Shown here one piece after another: positions 18,339 through 27,481 of a stretch of DNA of 64,000 nt (positions are counted from its first letter, which is position 1; every line of letters starts with the position of its first letter). The translations under genes were made by a program, and so were the position numbers. Under the pieces are notes generated by a model that was given only the letters and a program-made list of their open reading frames with translations, ran no database searches and was not told the origin of the DNA. This DNA comes from Candidatus Omnitrophota bacterium (GTDB lineage: Bacteria; Omnitrophota; Gorgyraeia; 2-02-FULL-51-18): NCBI GenBank assembly GCA_945877765.1, contig CAMDWQ010000006.1, positions 15,046 through 79,045 on the forward strand, read 5' to 3'.

Positions 18339-19167
18339 AATTATTGAAGCGCTTAAGGGCAGCCGACTATCTACAGCGGATCAGCCTACTCAAGAAAAAG
18401 AGATTCTTTTTGAGAGGACCAGCCGTGAAATGACACAGGAGCAGCTGGCTGAGATCTATTTTTCAGCCACGGGAAAACCCAAGCCCGTAGAAGCCCCGAT
18501 CATCATCCGTGTGATCGAAAAACAAAGAATTGCTTCCGTTGTGCCATGGATAATCACATCGCTGGCTTTTTTGATAACTGCTTTTAGTCTTTTTTCTACC
18601 AAACGAATCTTTGTGGATATCCGTGTCGTGGATGAAAAAACAGCTTATGCGGTCAGCCAGAGCCAACCCACGGAAACTAATGACGAAAAAGTGCTTTCAA
18701 GTGAGAGTAGCCACTTTGATGAAGATCAAGGCAATAGCATTTCTTTGCAAGAATTTATTTTTGAGGGTGCCGCCTATCTCAAAAGCTCGCGAAACAGCAA
18801 CCTCTTGACCCTCGTCAACAGCTCGGTAGCACCTTTTGCGCGAGCAACCATCAATTTTGATCGGCCGCTCAATATGCGCAGAGGAAAGATTGTGTTCTAC
18901 GCCAAAGGGGCGAAGGGCGGGGAAAATTTGGCGCTGGCCCTGAAGGATGAAGACAACAACCAAGCTTTTTTGAGGGGTAAGAGGTACCCCTATCCTCAAG
19001 GACTTACCTCTTCATGGCAAAGAACGGAAATCGCGCTAACAGATCTTTCTAGTGAATTTAATCTTAAGAGCGTGACTACGCTCCGCTTTGAATTTGGATC
19101 AAAAGACACCGCTAACCGCCCCGGTGATACCATCCTCATCCGAGACCTTCGGTGGTTTTCAAACTAA
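18331..19167 (+). CDS. Single-pass membrane protein with C-terminal carbohydrate-binding (CBM11/CIA30-like) domain
   Basis: TM at ~aa 68-88; C-terminal IVFYAKGAKGGE...LKD...LTSSWQ..EI.L.D...LRFEF...GDTILIRDL is a galactose-binding-like pattern. Confidence 0.65.
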   Translation: MSKIIEALKGSRLSTADQPTQEKEILFERTSREMTQEQLAEIYFSATGKPKPVEAPIIIRVIEKQRIASVVPWIITSLAFLITAFSLFSTKRIFVDIRVVDEKTAYAVSQSQPTETNDEKVLSSESSHFDEDQGNSISLQEFIFEGAAYLKSSRNSNLLTLVNSSVAPFARATINFDRPLNMRRGKIVFYAKGAKGGENLALALKDEDNNQAFLRGKRYPYPQGLTSSWQRTEIALTDLSSEFNLKSVTTLRFEFGSKDTANRPGDTILIRDLRWFSN

Positions 19168-19171
19168 CGTC

Positions 19172-20254
19172 ATGATAATCATTTCGGTCTCTAATCAAAA
19201 AGGGGGTTGCGGCAAGACGACCACAGCCATCAATCTGTCAGCGTCACTAGCATCCCTTGGCAAGAAGACCTTGCTAGTGGATCTGGATCCTCAGGCCCAC
19301 GCGACGTACGGCATGGGTATTCATGCAGAAAAAATCACAGGCTCCATGTACAATGTCATGACGGACCAGGCCGAAAAAAAGAAGAAATTTATCGAAGATA
19401 TCCTAGTCCCTGCCGGAGAAGGGTTGGATGTGGCGCCGTCCCACATCCTACTAAGCACAATCGAGCAGGAGTTCACCAACAAAGAAGAGTCTGTTTCCAG
19501 GCTTCATCAGATTCTTCACAGCCTATCATTTCCGTATGATTTTATAGTCATTGATTGCCCTCCAAGCCTCGGTTTTTTGACTTTCAATGCGCTGAGAACT
19601 TCTGATCTTGTAGTTGTGCCAGTCGAATTAAGTTCTTTTTCACTAATGGGTGTGGACAAGCTCCTTAGCATGGTGGAACTAATCCGTGTCAAACTTCAAC
19701 ACACACCCAAAGTATTAGCGCTGCCAACGATGGTCGATATGCGTACCAATCTTTCGCGCCACATGATGGACCAAATCCGAGAATCCTTTGGCGAACATGT
19801 GCTTTCAACCGCAATTCGTCAGACAGTCCACGTGCGCGAATCCCAGATGAAGGGGGTGCCGCTATTACGTCATTGCCCGAAATCCAAAGGAACGATTGAC
19901 TACCTAGTTTTGGCCCAGGAAATCATGGCTAAAACGCTTCCTGAGTCTGAGTTTGCAGCGCTGACGCCGCCTAAGGGACGAGAGGTGGTTACCAATTTTC
20001 TTCGAGATTTTTCCGTTAGAACTGAAAGTGCTAGCGAAGTCTACATTGTGGGCGATTTTAATCATTGGTCTGTTTCTGAACAATCAAGGCTCTGGGAGAA
20101 GGAAAAAGGCATTTGGCAAAAAAAAGTTTTTTTGGGCCCAGGAAAACACCGTTACAAATTCATCATTGATGGCAATTGGGTAACAGACCCCTCCAACGAT
20201 CACATCGAGCCAAATCCCTACGGCGGCGTTGATTCTGTGCTTGAAATTACCTGA
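19172..20254 (+). CDS. ParA/Soj family ATPase fused to a C-terminal CBM48 (AMPK-beta-type glycogen-binding) domain
   Basis: NQKGGCGKTT, DLDPQ, IDCPPS; C-terminal VYIVGDFNHW...GIW...LGPGKHRYKFIIDGNWVTDP.N...NPYGGVDSVL. Start ATG 19172. Confidence 0.92.
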   Translation: MIIISVSNQKGGCGKTTTAINLSASLASLGKKTLLVDLDPQAHATYGMGIHAEKITGSMYNVMTDQAEKKKKFIEDILVPAGEGLDVAPSHILLSTIEQEFTNKEESVSRLHQILHSLSFPYDFIVIDCPPSLGFLTFNALRTSDLVVVPVELSSFSLMGVDKLLSMVELIRVKLQHTPKVLALPTMVDMRTNLSRHMMDQIRESFGEHVLSTAIRQTVHVRESQMKGVPLLRHCPKSKGTIDYLVLAQEIMAKTLPESEFAALTPPKGREVVTNFLRDFSVRTESASEVYIVGDFNHWSVSEQSRLWEKEKGIWQKKVFLGPGKHRYKFIIDGNWVTDPSNDHIEPNPYGGVDSVLEIT

Positions 20255-20257
20255 TTC

Positions 20258-20803
20258 ATGCAGGCAAAACTGCCCTACCGAATCGTTGAGTCCAGGTTAA
20301 TTTATGATGGTCACATGGTCCGCCTTGTCAAAGATCGCTTTATTCTAAACAGCTTAAAAAATAAAATCATCACCCGAGAGCTTGTGCAGCACCCAGGGGC
20401 TGTGGCTATTCTTCCTTTTGCCGACAAAAAACATCTTATTCTGCTGCGGCAGTTTCGCTATTCAGCAAAGGGAGATTTATGGGAAATTCCAGCCGGAACA
20501 CTTGAAAAAAATGAAAAGCCCGCTTCCTGTGCTAGGCGAGAGCTCGAGGAAGAGACGGGTTTTCGCGCTGCCCGCTTAAAACGCCTGACTCGATTTTTAG
20601 CTGCACCGGGTATCTGCAATGAAATGATGACGCTTTACCGCGCTGACGGCCTTACGCCTGGCCAAAAGAAACTTGATCATGACGAATTCATTGAACACAA
20701 AAAAGTTTCTGTTTCTAAAGCGCTTCAAATGGTCCGGGGTGGTCAGATTCGTGACGCTAAGAGCATCATCGGCATTCTTTGGGCGGGCTATTTTCATGAT
20801 TAA
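20258..20803 (+). CDS. nudF: NUDIX hydrolase, ADP-ribose/ADP-sugar pyrophosphatase-like
   Basis: RE.V.HPGAVA, QFRY, EIPAG, Nudix box GTLEKNE...ARRELEEETG, DAKS. Confidence 0.88.
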   Translation: MQAKLPYRIVESRLIYDGHMVRLVKDRFILNSLKNKIITRELVQHPGAVAILPFADKKHLILLRQFRYSAKGDLWEIPAGTLEKNEKPASCARRELEEETGFRAARLKRLTRFLAAPGICNEMMTLYRADGLTPGQKKLDHDEFIEHKKVSVSKALQMVRGGQIRDAKSIIGILWAGYFHD

Positions 20804-21359
20804 AGAAGCTAAAATATCCTCCGTGGTATCGCTTTTCCCATTACCTCAGTACGTCGTGGTCTTAGAGGACCTCGAAAAAACACGTCTTGTCCCTATTTGG
20901 ATCGGAGTGCACGAGGGCACTGCCATTGCCCTTGAGATGCAAAAAGAGCGTTTTCCTCGGCCACTCACACACGATCTCTTGGTAAATATTATCCGGGCAA
21001 TGGGTGGCCAAGTGGAAAAGGTGGTTATTAGCGACTTAAAAGATAATAGTTTTTATGCCATTCTTTTTATTCGCCAGGGAGATCGCGTGTTTGAGATGGA
21101 TGCCAGGCCATCTGATTCCTTGGCGATTGCGGTACGAGTCCATTGCCCCATTTTTATCGACGAGAAAGTCCTCCAAAAGTGCCCGCCCTTGTCATCGGGC
21201 CCTATTTCCTCCGAGGACATCGAAAAATTTAAAAAAGACTTAAAAAACATGACGCCGGAAGAATTTTTTAAGGGGTTGGAGGAAGCGCCGCCCAACGAGG
21301 AGCCTAACCCAGAATCCTACGAGGATGACGAAACCTCGGAAGACGATGAAGACAAGTAA
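20796..21359 (+). CDS. Bifunctional nuclease (DUF151) family protein
   Basis: PIWIG..E..AI, RPLTHDL, DARPSD..A.A; acidic tail. Confidence 0.92.
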   Translation: MIKEAKISSVVSLFPLPQYVVVLEDLEKTRLVPIWIGVHEGTAIALEMQKERFPRPLTHDLLVNIIRAMGGQVEKVVISDLKDNSFYAILFIRQGDRVFEMDARPSDSLAIAVRVHCPIFIDEKVLQKCPPLSSGPISSEDIEKFKKDLKNMTPEEFFKGLEEAPPNEEPNPESYEDDETSEDDEDK

Positions 21360-21441
21360 GATTAATCAGTTTTAATCCAATTTTGCTTATTAATTATCTC
21401 GTGCTAGAATTGACCGATAAAACAGAAAGGAAATACCCGCT

Positions 21442-21810
21442 ATGAAAAACATCAAGATGATCTTCGTTGCAGTTTTTTTTATTTCGACGTTGGCGGTAAC
21501 AGCGCAAGCGCAAGAGTATGCCGCTCGATCGGCAGAAAAATTGGGGCGCGGCTTAGCCGATACCACGCTTGGATGGACAGAGGTTTTTAAGAGTCAGGAA
21601 AAAATAACCGACAAGCACGGCCTAGTTGCCGGCATTTTTTGGGGAACCACGGATGGTCTTGTGAATTCCGTAAAGAGAACAGCGACGGGTCTGGGCGAAA
21701 TCGCTACTTTTGGAATTAACAACCCGGAAAGCGTTAACGAGGATGACAAGCCTGAGTTTCCGCTAACCAATAATCGTGCGGGTTACCGACCAAAAAATTA
21801 CGAGTTTTAA
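21442..21810 (+). CDS. Secreted TIGR04073-like (exosortase system-associated) protein
   Basis: Signal peptide; KLGRGLAD..LGWTE...G...G...G.....RT..G..EI.TF. Confidence 0.75.
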   Translation: MKNIKMIFVAVFFISTLAVTAQAQEYAARSAEKLGRGLADTTLGWTEVFKSQEKITDKHGLVAGIFWGTTDGLVNSVKRTATGLGEIATFGINNPESVNEDDKPEFPLTNNRAGYRPKNYEF

Positions 21811-21919
21811 TTTTTTCCAAACGGCTCGCCCAGTTTTTGAGATTGTGCTCAAAGGGAGAGCTTGTCCTAGATAGGAATTCTCTTTCAAGTGCCAGAATGC
21901 CTGCGGTCTTACCCAGCCT

Positions 21920-23944
21920 ATGACTAAAAAATATATCCTCAAGAGCATTCCCTCCAACGCATCGCTAAGCATTGATTACCAAAATGAACTCAATGCCTCG
22001 CAGTATGAAGTAGTGACCACCGCGGACGGACCGTGCCTGGTTCTGGCCGGTGCCGGCAGCGGTAAAACTCGCACGCTGATTTACCGCGTCGCTTATCTTT
22101 TAGAAAAGGAGGTTCGTTCGGAAGAGATACTTTTGGTGACCTTTACTAACAAGGCCGCTAATGAGATGAAAACTCGTGTGGAGGGGCTTCTTCAGGGGAA
22201 AGCCAAAAATCTTTGGTGCGGCACATTTCACCATATCGGAAACCGTCTGCTAAGAGCCTATGGAAATCTTATAGGACTTGCTCCTGACTTTGGCATTCTC
22301 GATGATGAGGACAGCCGTGACTTGGTGAAAGCCTGCATCAAGCCCTTCGAACCCAATGGACGCGATATGAAATTTCCAAAACCCGGGGTGGTGCAATCTG
22401 TTTTAAGTTTTTCTGTCAACGCCAAGCGCCCAGTGCGCGATGTGGTGCTTCAAAATTATCCTCACTTGATTTCATTCATTCCTGAATTTGAAAAAATAAA
22501 AATTCAATATGATGAAAAGAAGAAGAAAAGCAACAATTTGGATTATGACGATCTCCTGCTTAAGTGGGTTGAACTTTTAAAAAAATCAGACGTGGCCAGA
22601 GAAAAGTTGACACGCCAGTTTCGTTATTGTCTGGTGGACGAGTATCAAGATACCAATCGCATTCAGCATGAAATCATTCAAATTCTTTCCAGCCACCATA
22701 AGAATGTGCTCGTTGTCGGAGATGACGCCCAGTCGATCTATTCGTTTCGCGCTGCGGACATTAAAAACATCCTCGCGTTCCCTGAATATCACGAAAACGC
22801 AAAAATTTTTAAATTAGAAACCAACTACCGATCCACTAAGCCAATACTTGAATTGGCAAACAAAAGCATCAGCCATAACGTGCATCAGTTTCCCAAGACA
22901 TTGAAAAGCCTGCAAAAAGAGGGTTCGCTGCCACAGTTGGTAAAAGTCCGAGACGCTCGCCAGCAGGCGGCCTTTATCGGCCAGAGAATCATCGAGCTAG
23001 GCGAGACGGGGGCTGAGCTTTCAGAGATTGCGGTACTATTTCGAGCTCACTATCAAGCGGCCGAGCTGGAACTAGAGCTAACCAAGCGGGGGATTCCCTA
23101 TTTAGTAAGGGGAGGTATCCGTTTTTTTGAGCAGGCGCACATCAAAGATGTTTTGGCCTACCTAAAAATTATCTCCAATCCCGCCGATGAGTTGGCTTGG
23201 AGCCGCGCGCTCACGCAGCAGCCCGGTATAGGCGCTGGTTTCGCCGAAAAAATTTTTAAGGCGGTCGAAAATGAAAAAGGCGATCTCGTCAAGGTGTCGT
23301 CGGTTGAATTTGGTCAAAACATGCCGCCTCGTGTGCGTGACGGACTTAACGGCTTTAAGAAAATTTTGAAGAGCTTGGTGCGCGAAGGGATTCAAGATCA
23401 TCCGGACATGTTGATTGAAGAAGTGCTCGATAAGGGGTACAACAAGCATGTTTTGATGAATTTTGAAAACGCGCAGGAGCGTCTGGAGGATTTGAGAGAG
23501 CTGGTCAACTTCGCTCACACGTACAAATCTCTGAAGGATTTTCTGGCCGACGCGACACTGCGCGAGGGTTTTCGGGGTGAGAGTTTCGCCAAGGACGGTG
23601 AGCAGGGAGAGCTTTTTCAGCAATTGGTGCTTTCCACCATTCATCAGGCCAAGGGGCTTGAATGGAAGGCGGTATTTGTGATTAGCCTCTCTGAGGGTCT
23701 TTTTCCTCATGCCAAATCCATGGCTTCGGAGGAAAATTTGGAGGAAGAGCGAAGGCTTTTTTATGTGGCGGTAACCCGTGCCAAGGAAGAACTGGTGCTG
23801 ATTCACCCGATGACGCGGTTTGACTATCAAGCGGGGACTATCATCAACCGACCCTCCGTTTTTATTGCGGAACTGCCGGCCAGTGTCTATGATGAAATTG
23901 AGATCGAAGAAAGCGAAGAAGAAAAAACAATCTACCTGGAGTAA
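21920..23944 (+). CDS. UvrD/PcrA family ATP-dependent DNA helicase
   Basis: AGAGSGKT, TFTNKAA, VDEYQD, VGDDAQSIY, NYRST, TIHQAKGLEW, EERRLFYVAVTRA. Confidence 0.96.
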   Translation: MTKKYILKSIPSNASLSIDYQNELNASQYEVVTTADGPCLVLAGAGSGKTRTLIYRVAYLLEKEVRSEEILLVTFTNKAANEMKTRVEGLLQGKAKNLWCGTFHHIGNRLLRAYGNLIGLAPDFGILDDEDSRDLVKACIKPFEPNGRDMKFPKPGVVQSVLSFSVNAKRPVRDVVLQNYPHLISFIPEFEKIKIQYDEKKKKSNNLDYDDLLLKWVELLKKSDVAREKLTRQFRYCLVDEYQDTNRIQHEIIQILSSHHKNVLVVGDDAQSIYSFRAADIKNILAFPEYHENAKIFKLETNYRSTKPILELANKSISHNVHQFPKTLKSLQKEGSLPQLVKVRDARQQAAFIGQRIIELGETGAELSEIAVLFRAHYQAAELELELTKRGIPYLVRGGIRFFEQAHIKDVLAYLKIISNPADELAWSRALTQQPGIGAGFAEKIFKAVENEKGDLVKVSSVEFGQNMPPRVRDGLNGFKKILKSLVREGIQDHPDMLIEEVLDKGYNKHVLMNFENAQERLEDLRELVNFAHTYKSLKDFLADATLREGFRGESFAKDGEQGELFQQLVLSTIHQAKGLEWKAVFVISLSEGLFPHAKSMASEENLEEERRLFYVAVTRAKEELVLIHPMTRFDYQAGTIINRPSVFIAELPASVYDEIEIEESEEEKTIYLE

Positions 23945-23945
23945 T

Positions 23946-25151
23946 ATGAATAAAAAAGCATCGCTTCTGACCGTCTTTATTGTTGTTATGATTGATTTGA
24001 TTGGTTTTGGTATCGTGCTTCCGGGTCTTGAGACCTACGCTGCCGATTTTGGGGCGTCTGCTCTTCTCACCGGACTTATTTATAGTTCTTATTCATTCGC
24101 ACAGCTTATTTTTTCCCCGATTTGGGGCTCTCTGTCGGACCGCATCGGACGACGGCCGGTGATGATGATTAGCACACTCGGCGCTTCAGCCGCCTACCTT
24201 TTATTTGCGTTCAGCCACTCGCTTTGGATGCTTTTGTTCTGCAGGATTTTTGCAGGCGTCATGGCGGGAAATATTTCAGCAGCGCAAGCCTATGTGGCAG
24301 ACGTTACCGAAGAAAAAGACCGCGCCAAGGGCATGGGGTTGATTGGCGCCGCATTTGGCATCGGCTTTGTGGTGGGTCCCGCGCTGGGCGGAATCATCCT
24401 GAAATTCTTTCCAGGCAATCCCTTTAATGTCATTGGTCTTTTAGCGGCCGGTTTGTCTTTTTTGAGCTTTTTTCTTGTCATGACGTGTTTGCCGGAATCC
24501 CGCAGCAAAACAAATCCTGAGGCAGGCAATGAGGTTGTCCGCTCGGGCGTCTTCACAAAACTTTTCTGGACCCGCCTAAAAAAAATCAATTCGGATAGCC
24601 GTGGTGTTTTTCTTGGGCTTCTCATCAATGTGTTTCTTTTGACGCTGGGACAGGCCAGTATCTACGTGGCGTTTCCAAATTTCTGCCGCACGCAGCTTCA
24701 TCTGCCGGTGTCGGCGGTCTACCGTCAGTACATCCTAATGGGCTTGGTGGCCGTGGTAATTCAAGGCGGGTTGATCCGTGTCTTAGCTAAAAAATTCCCA
24801 GAACGCAAAATTTTTTGGCTGGGCAGTCTTCTTCTGGCCCTTGGACTTGGTTCTATTCCTTTCGCTCAAAACATTACGTCCTTAACCGCAGCTATGATGA
24901 TCATGACCGTTGGCGCAAGCTTAGCCGTGCCGGTACTAACCAGCATGATTTCCAAAGAATCCTCTCCTGAGAATTACGGCATGATACTGGGCATCTCGCA
25001 AAGTTTTTCAGCGATGGCGCGAGCCGTTGGACCGACGTGGGGCAGTGTGCTATTGGGCGTATCTTTCCACGCGCCTTTTGTCATCACCGCAGTTCTAGTA
25101 CTTTTGACGTTGCGGGTAGGCTTCACCAGCAAAGCATCCGCTGTCCGTTGA
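23946..25151 (+). CDS. MFS transporter (TetA/DHA1-like)
   Basis: D.IGFG...P, GSLSDRIGRRP motif A, G...GP..GG; about 12 TM helices. Confidence 0.93.
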   Translation: MNKKASLLTVFIVVMIDLIGFGIVLPGLETYAADFGASALLTGLIYSSYSFAQLIFSPIWGSLSDRIGRRPVMMISTLGASAAYLLFAFSHSLWMLLFCRIFAGVMAGNISAAQAYVADVTEEKDRAKGMGLIGAAFGIGFVVGPALGGIILKFFPGNPFNVIGLLAAGLSFLSFFLVMTCLPESRSKTNPEAGNEVVRSGVFTKLFWTRLKKINSDSRGVFLGLLINVFLLTLGQASIYVAFPNFCRTQLHLPVSAVYRQYILMGLVAVVIQGGLIRVLAKKFPERKIFWLGSLLLALGLGSIPFAQNITSLTAAMMIMTVGASLAVPVLTSMISKESSPENYGMILGISQSFSAMARAVGPTWGSVLLGVSFHAPFVITAVLVLLTLRVGFTSKASAVR

Positions 25152-25176
25152 CAGCTCTCCAAAGTTTTGACATAAT
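25148..25176 (+). promoter_or_regulatory. Sigma70 promoter of the Rieske/cyt b operon
   Basis: TTGACA-17 bp-CATAAT, 12 nt before ATG 25189. Confidence 0.7.
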
Positions 25177-25188
25177 CTCGCTATTCCC

Positions 25189-26049
25189 ATGACAGAAAAA
25201 ATAACTAATCCTGTTCGAAAGCTTTTTTTTGGGCTGTTTATATTCCCGCTAGTGATCGCGGTGGGAATGGCAGTGCTTCTTTGCAGTGTGGTGCTGGTTA
25301 CCAATGAAAAAGAGACGCCAGAAACTCTTATCGGCGCCATCAAATCAGGCACGCCGTCCAAGCGCTGGCAAAAAGCGTTTGAACTTTCCAATGAGCTGAA
25401 TAAAACTCATGGTCAGGCACCGCTGAACGCAGGCTTACAAAAAGAAATTCTCTATATTTTAAATGATTCTAGCGGCTACGACGAAAAAACACGCAGTTAT
25501 ATGGCAATGGCACTACATCATTTTCCAGGCAATGAATCAGTGACAGCGTTACAGAAAGCACTTAAAGATTCTTCACAAGAAGTTCAGATTGGCGCGCTCT
25601 GGACGCTAGGTTCTCTTGGCGCCAAAACAGCCACTTCGGACATTGAGTCTTTTTTGACCGCTGAAAAATCAGAGCTTCGTAAAATGGCCGCTTATATTTT
25701 AGGTGTGTTAGGCGAGAAGTCATCGGTACCAAAAATACGACCTCTTTTAAATGATGTGACGCCAGACGTCCAGTGGAATGCGGCGCTTGCTTTGGCGCGC
25801 CTTGGTGACATTTCAGGCTACAAGGTGCTAACGGGAATGCTGGATCGCCGCCAATTTTCTGAAGCAGGAACACAAGAAGCTCAGATTGAAGCGGCGATGA
25901 TCAACGCTATCAAAGGATTGACCTTGATTCAAAACCCCGAATCGATTAAAATCTTTGAATCTATTTCGCGTGAAGATAAGAATATGAAAGTGCGTCAAGC
26001 CGCGATTGATGCGCTTAACTATCAAAAAAAAATGAATAAGAATCTATGA
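25189..26049 (+). CDS. Membrane-anchored HEAT/PBS-lyase repeat protein
   Basis: N-terminal TM; repeated L.D....VR..AA..LG.LG units. Confidence 0.85.
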   Translation: MTEKITNPVRKLFFGLFIFPLVIAVGMAVLLCSVVLVTNEKETPETLIGAIKSGTPSKRWQKAFELSNELNKTHGQAPLNAGLQKEILYILNDSSGYDEKTRSYMAMALHHFPGNESVTALQKALKDSSQEVQIGALWTLGSLGAKTATSDIESFLTAEKSELRKMAAYILGVLGEKSSVPKIRPLLNDVTPDVQWNAALALARLGDISGYKVLTGMLDRRQFSEAGTQEAQIEAAMINAIKGLTLIQNPESIKIFESISREDKNMKVRQAAIDALNYQKKMNKNL

Positions 26050-26648
26050 GCGACGGCACTACTCAACCAGCAACAACAGGTCCCACAGCGATTCCGCCGC
26101 AAACTCCATCTACCGTCAAACCAGCGCCATCCAATCCCGCCAATACCGTTATGGGACCTGATAAAATTGATCGGCGTACGTTTATCTCGTGGGCAGGGGT
26201 GGCGTGGGTAAGTTTTGCCGCGGCCACCGGAGGGGCGCTTTCCATTGTTCTACGTTTTCTTTTCCCGAATGTTTTATTTGAACCCCCGACCGCGTTCAAG
26301 GCCGGCTTACCCAGTGATTACGAAGTGGGTGTGGTGGATGAGCGTTGGAAAGAAAAGTTTGGCGTATGGATGGTCCGCACAGCCGAAGGAATCTATGCCT
26401 TGTCGACCACTTGCACTCATCTAGGCTGCACACCCAATTGGCTCCCGGGTGAAGCAAAGTTTAAATGCCCCTGCCACGGAAGCGGTTTTTATAAAACCGG
26501 AATTAATTTTGAGGGACCTGCGCCACGACCTTTAGAAAGATACCGTATTTCTTACTCAGAAGACGGACAGATCGCGATTGATATGAGCAAAAAATTTCAA
26601 CAGGAAAAAGGGGAATGGAACAACCCCGAATCCTTCCTGACGGTCTAA
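26046..26648 (+). CDS. Rieske 2Fe-2S subunit of a bc/b6f-type complex
   Basis: Tat-like DRRTF plus TM; CTHLGC and CPCHGS boxes; GPAPRPL. Confidence 0.96.
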   Translation: MSDGTTQPATTGPTAIPPQTPSTVKPAPSNPANTVMGPDKIDRRTFISWAGVAWVSFAAATGGALSIVLRFLFPNVLFEPPTAFKAGLPSDYEVGVVDERWKEKFGVWMVRTAEGIYALSTTCTHLGCTPNWLPGEAKFKCPCHGSGFYKTGINFEGPAPRPLERYRISYSEDGQIAIDMSKKFQQEKGEWNNPESFLTV

Positions 26649-26677
26649 GACGGTTACACCCTATATAAGGAAGCGCT

Positions 26678-27478
26678 ATGGCAGATCCCGCACCAAAACC
26701 AAAATTTGACCTCGGAAAATACATCACTGAGACGCAGCTTTACAAATCCATGTTCCGCCATGGCTACACCACGTCGGACCGTGATCGCGCGCTGTCGGTC
26801 ATGACCAATGTCTTTTTCCATCTGCACCCGGTAAAAGTCCGAAAGTCGGGGGCACGTTTTGGATTTACTTGGTGTGCCGGCGGGCTTTCTTTTTTTGTGT
26901 TCCTGACACTGGTCGTCAGCGGCATTCTTTTGATGTTCTACTACCGGCCGACCGTGGAGCATGCGTATAATGATATCTTAGCGCTTCGCGAACACGTCCC
27001 CTTTGGAATTATGCGCGAACTTCACCGCTGGGGCGCCCACGCCATGATTATCACGGTGTGGCTGCACATGTTTCGTGTGTTTATGACGGGATCTTACAAA
27101 CCTCCGCGCGAATTTAATTGGGTGATCGGTGTGCTTCTTTTGGTTTTAACAATGCTTTTGAGTTTTACCGGTTATTTGCTTCCATGGGATCAGCTGGCGA
27201 TGTGGGCAATCACCGTCGGTAGCAACATGGCGCGCGCGACGCCCTTTTTGGGGCATGAGGGGCCCGGGGCTGCGCTTTTAGCGATCGGCGATATACAACT
27301 GGTCACGTCCGGCAGCGATGTACGCTTTGCTTTGCTGGGTGGACGCTTTGTGGGAGCGGGCGCTTTGCTTCGTTTTTATATTTTACACTGCGTGGCCATT
27401 CCGACCATTCTCGTTGTCTTAATGTCTGTCCATTTCTGGAGAATTCGCAAGGACGGCGGAATCAGCGGGCCCTTATAA
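26678..27478 (+). CDS. Cytochrome b, N-terminal (b6-like) subunit
   Basis: [20 protein letters not shown]...[20 protein letters not shown]...HF. Confidence 0.95.
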   Translation: MADPAPKPKFDLGKYITETQLYKSMFRHGYTTSDRDRALSVMTNVFFHLHPVKVRKSGARFGFTWCAGGLSFFVFLTLVVSGILLMFYYRPTVEHAYNDILALREHVPFGIMRELHRWGAHAMIITVWLHMFRVFMTGSYKPPREFNWVIGVLLLVLTMLLSFTGYLLPWDQLAMWAITVGSNMARATPFLGHEGPGAALLAIGDIQLVTSGSDVRFALLGGRFVGAGALLRFYILHCVAIPTILVVLMSVHFWRIRKDGGISGPL

Positions 27479-27481
27479 TCT

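Noticed and set aside
19172-20254. Ordinary chromosome-partitioning Soj
   Set aside because: No parB or parS seen, it has an extra CBM48 domain, and it lies near the probable terminus.
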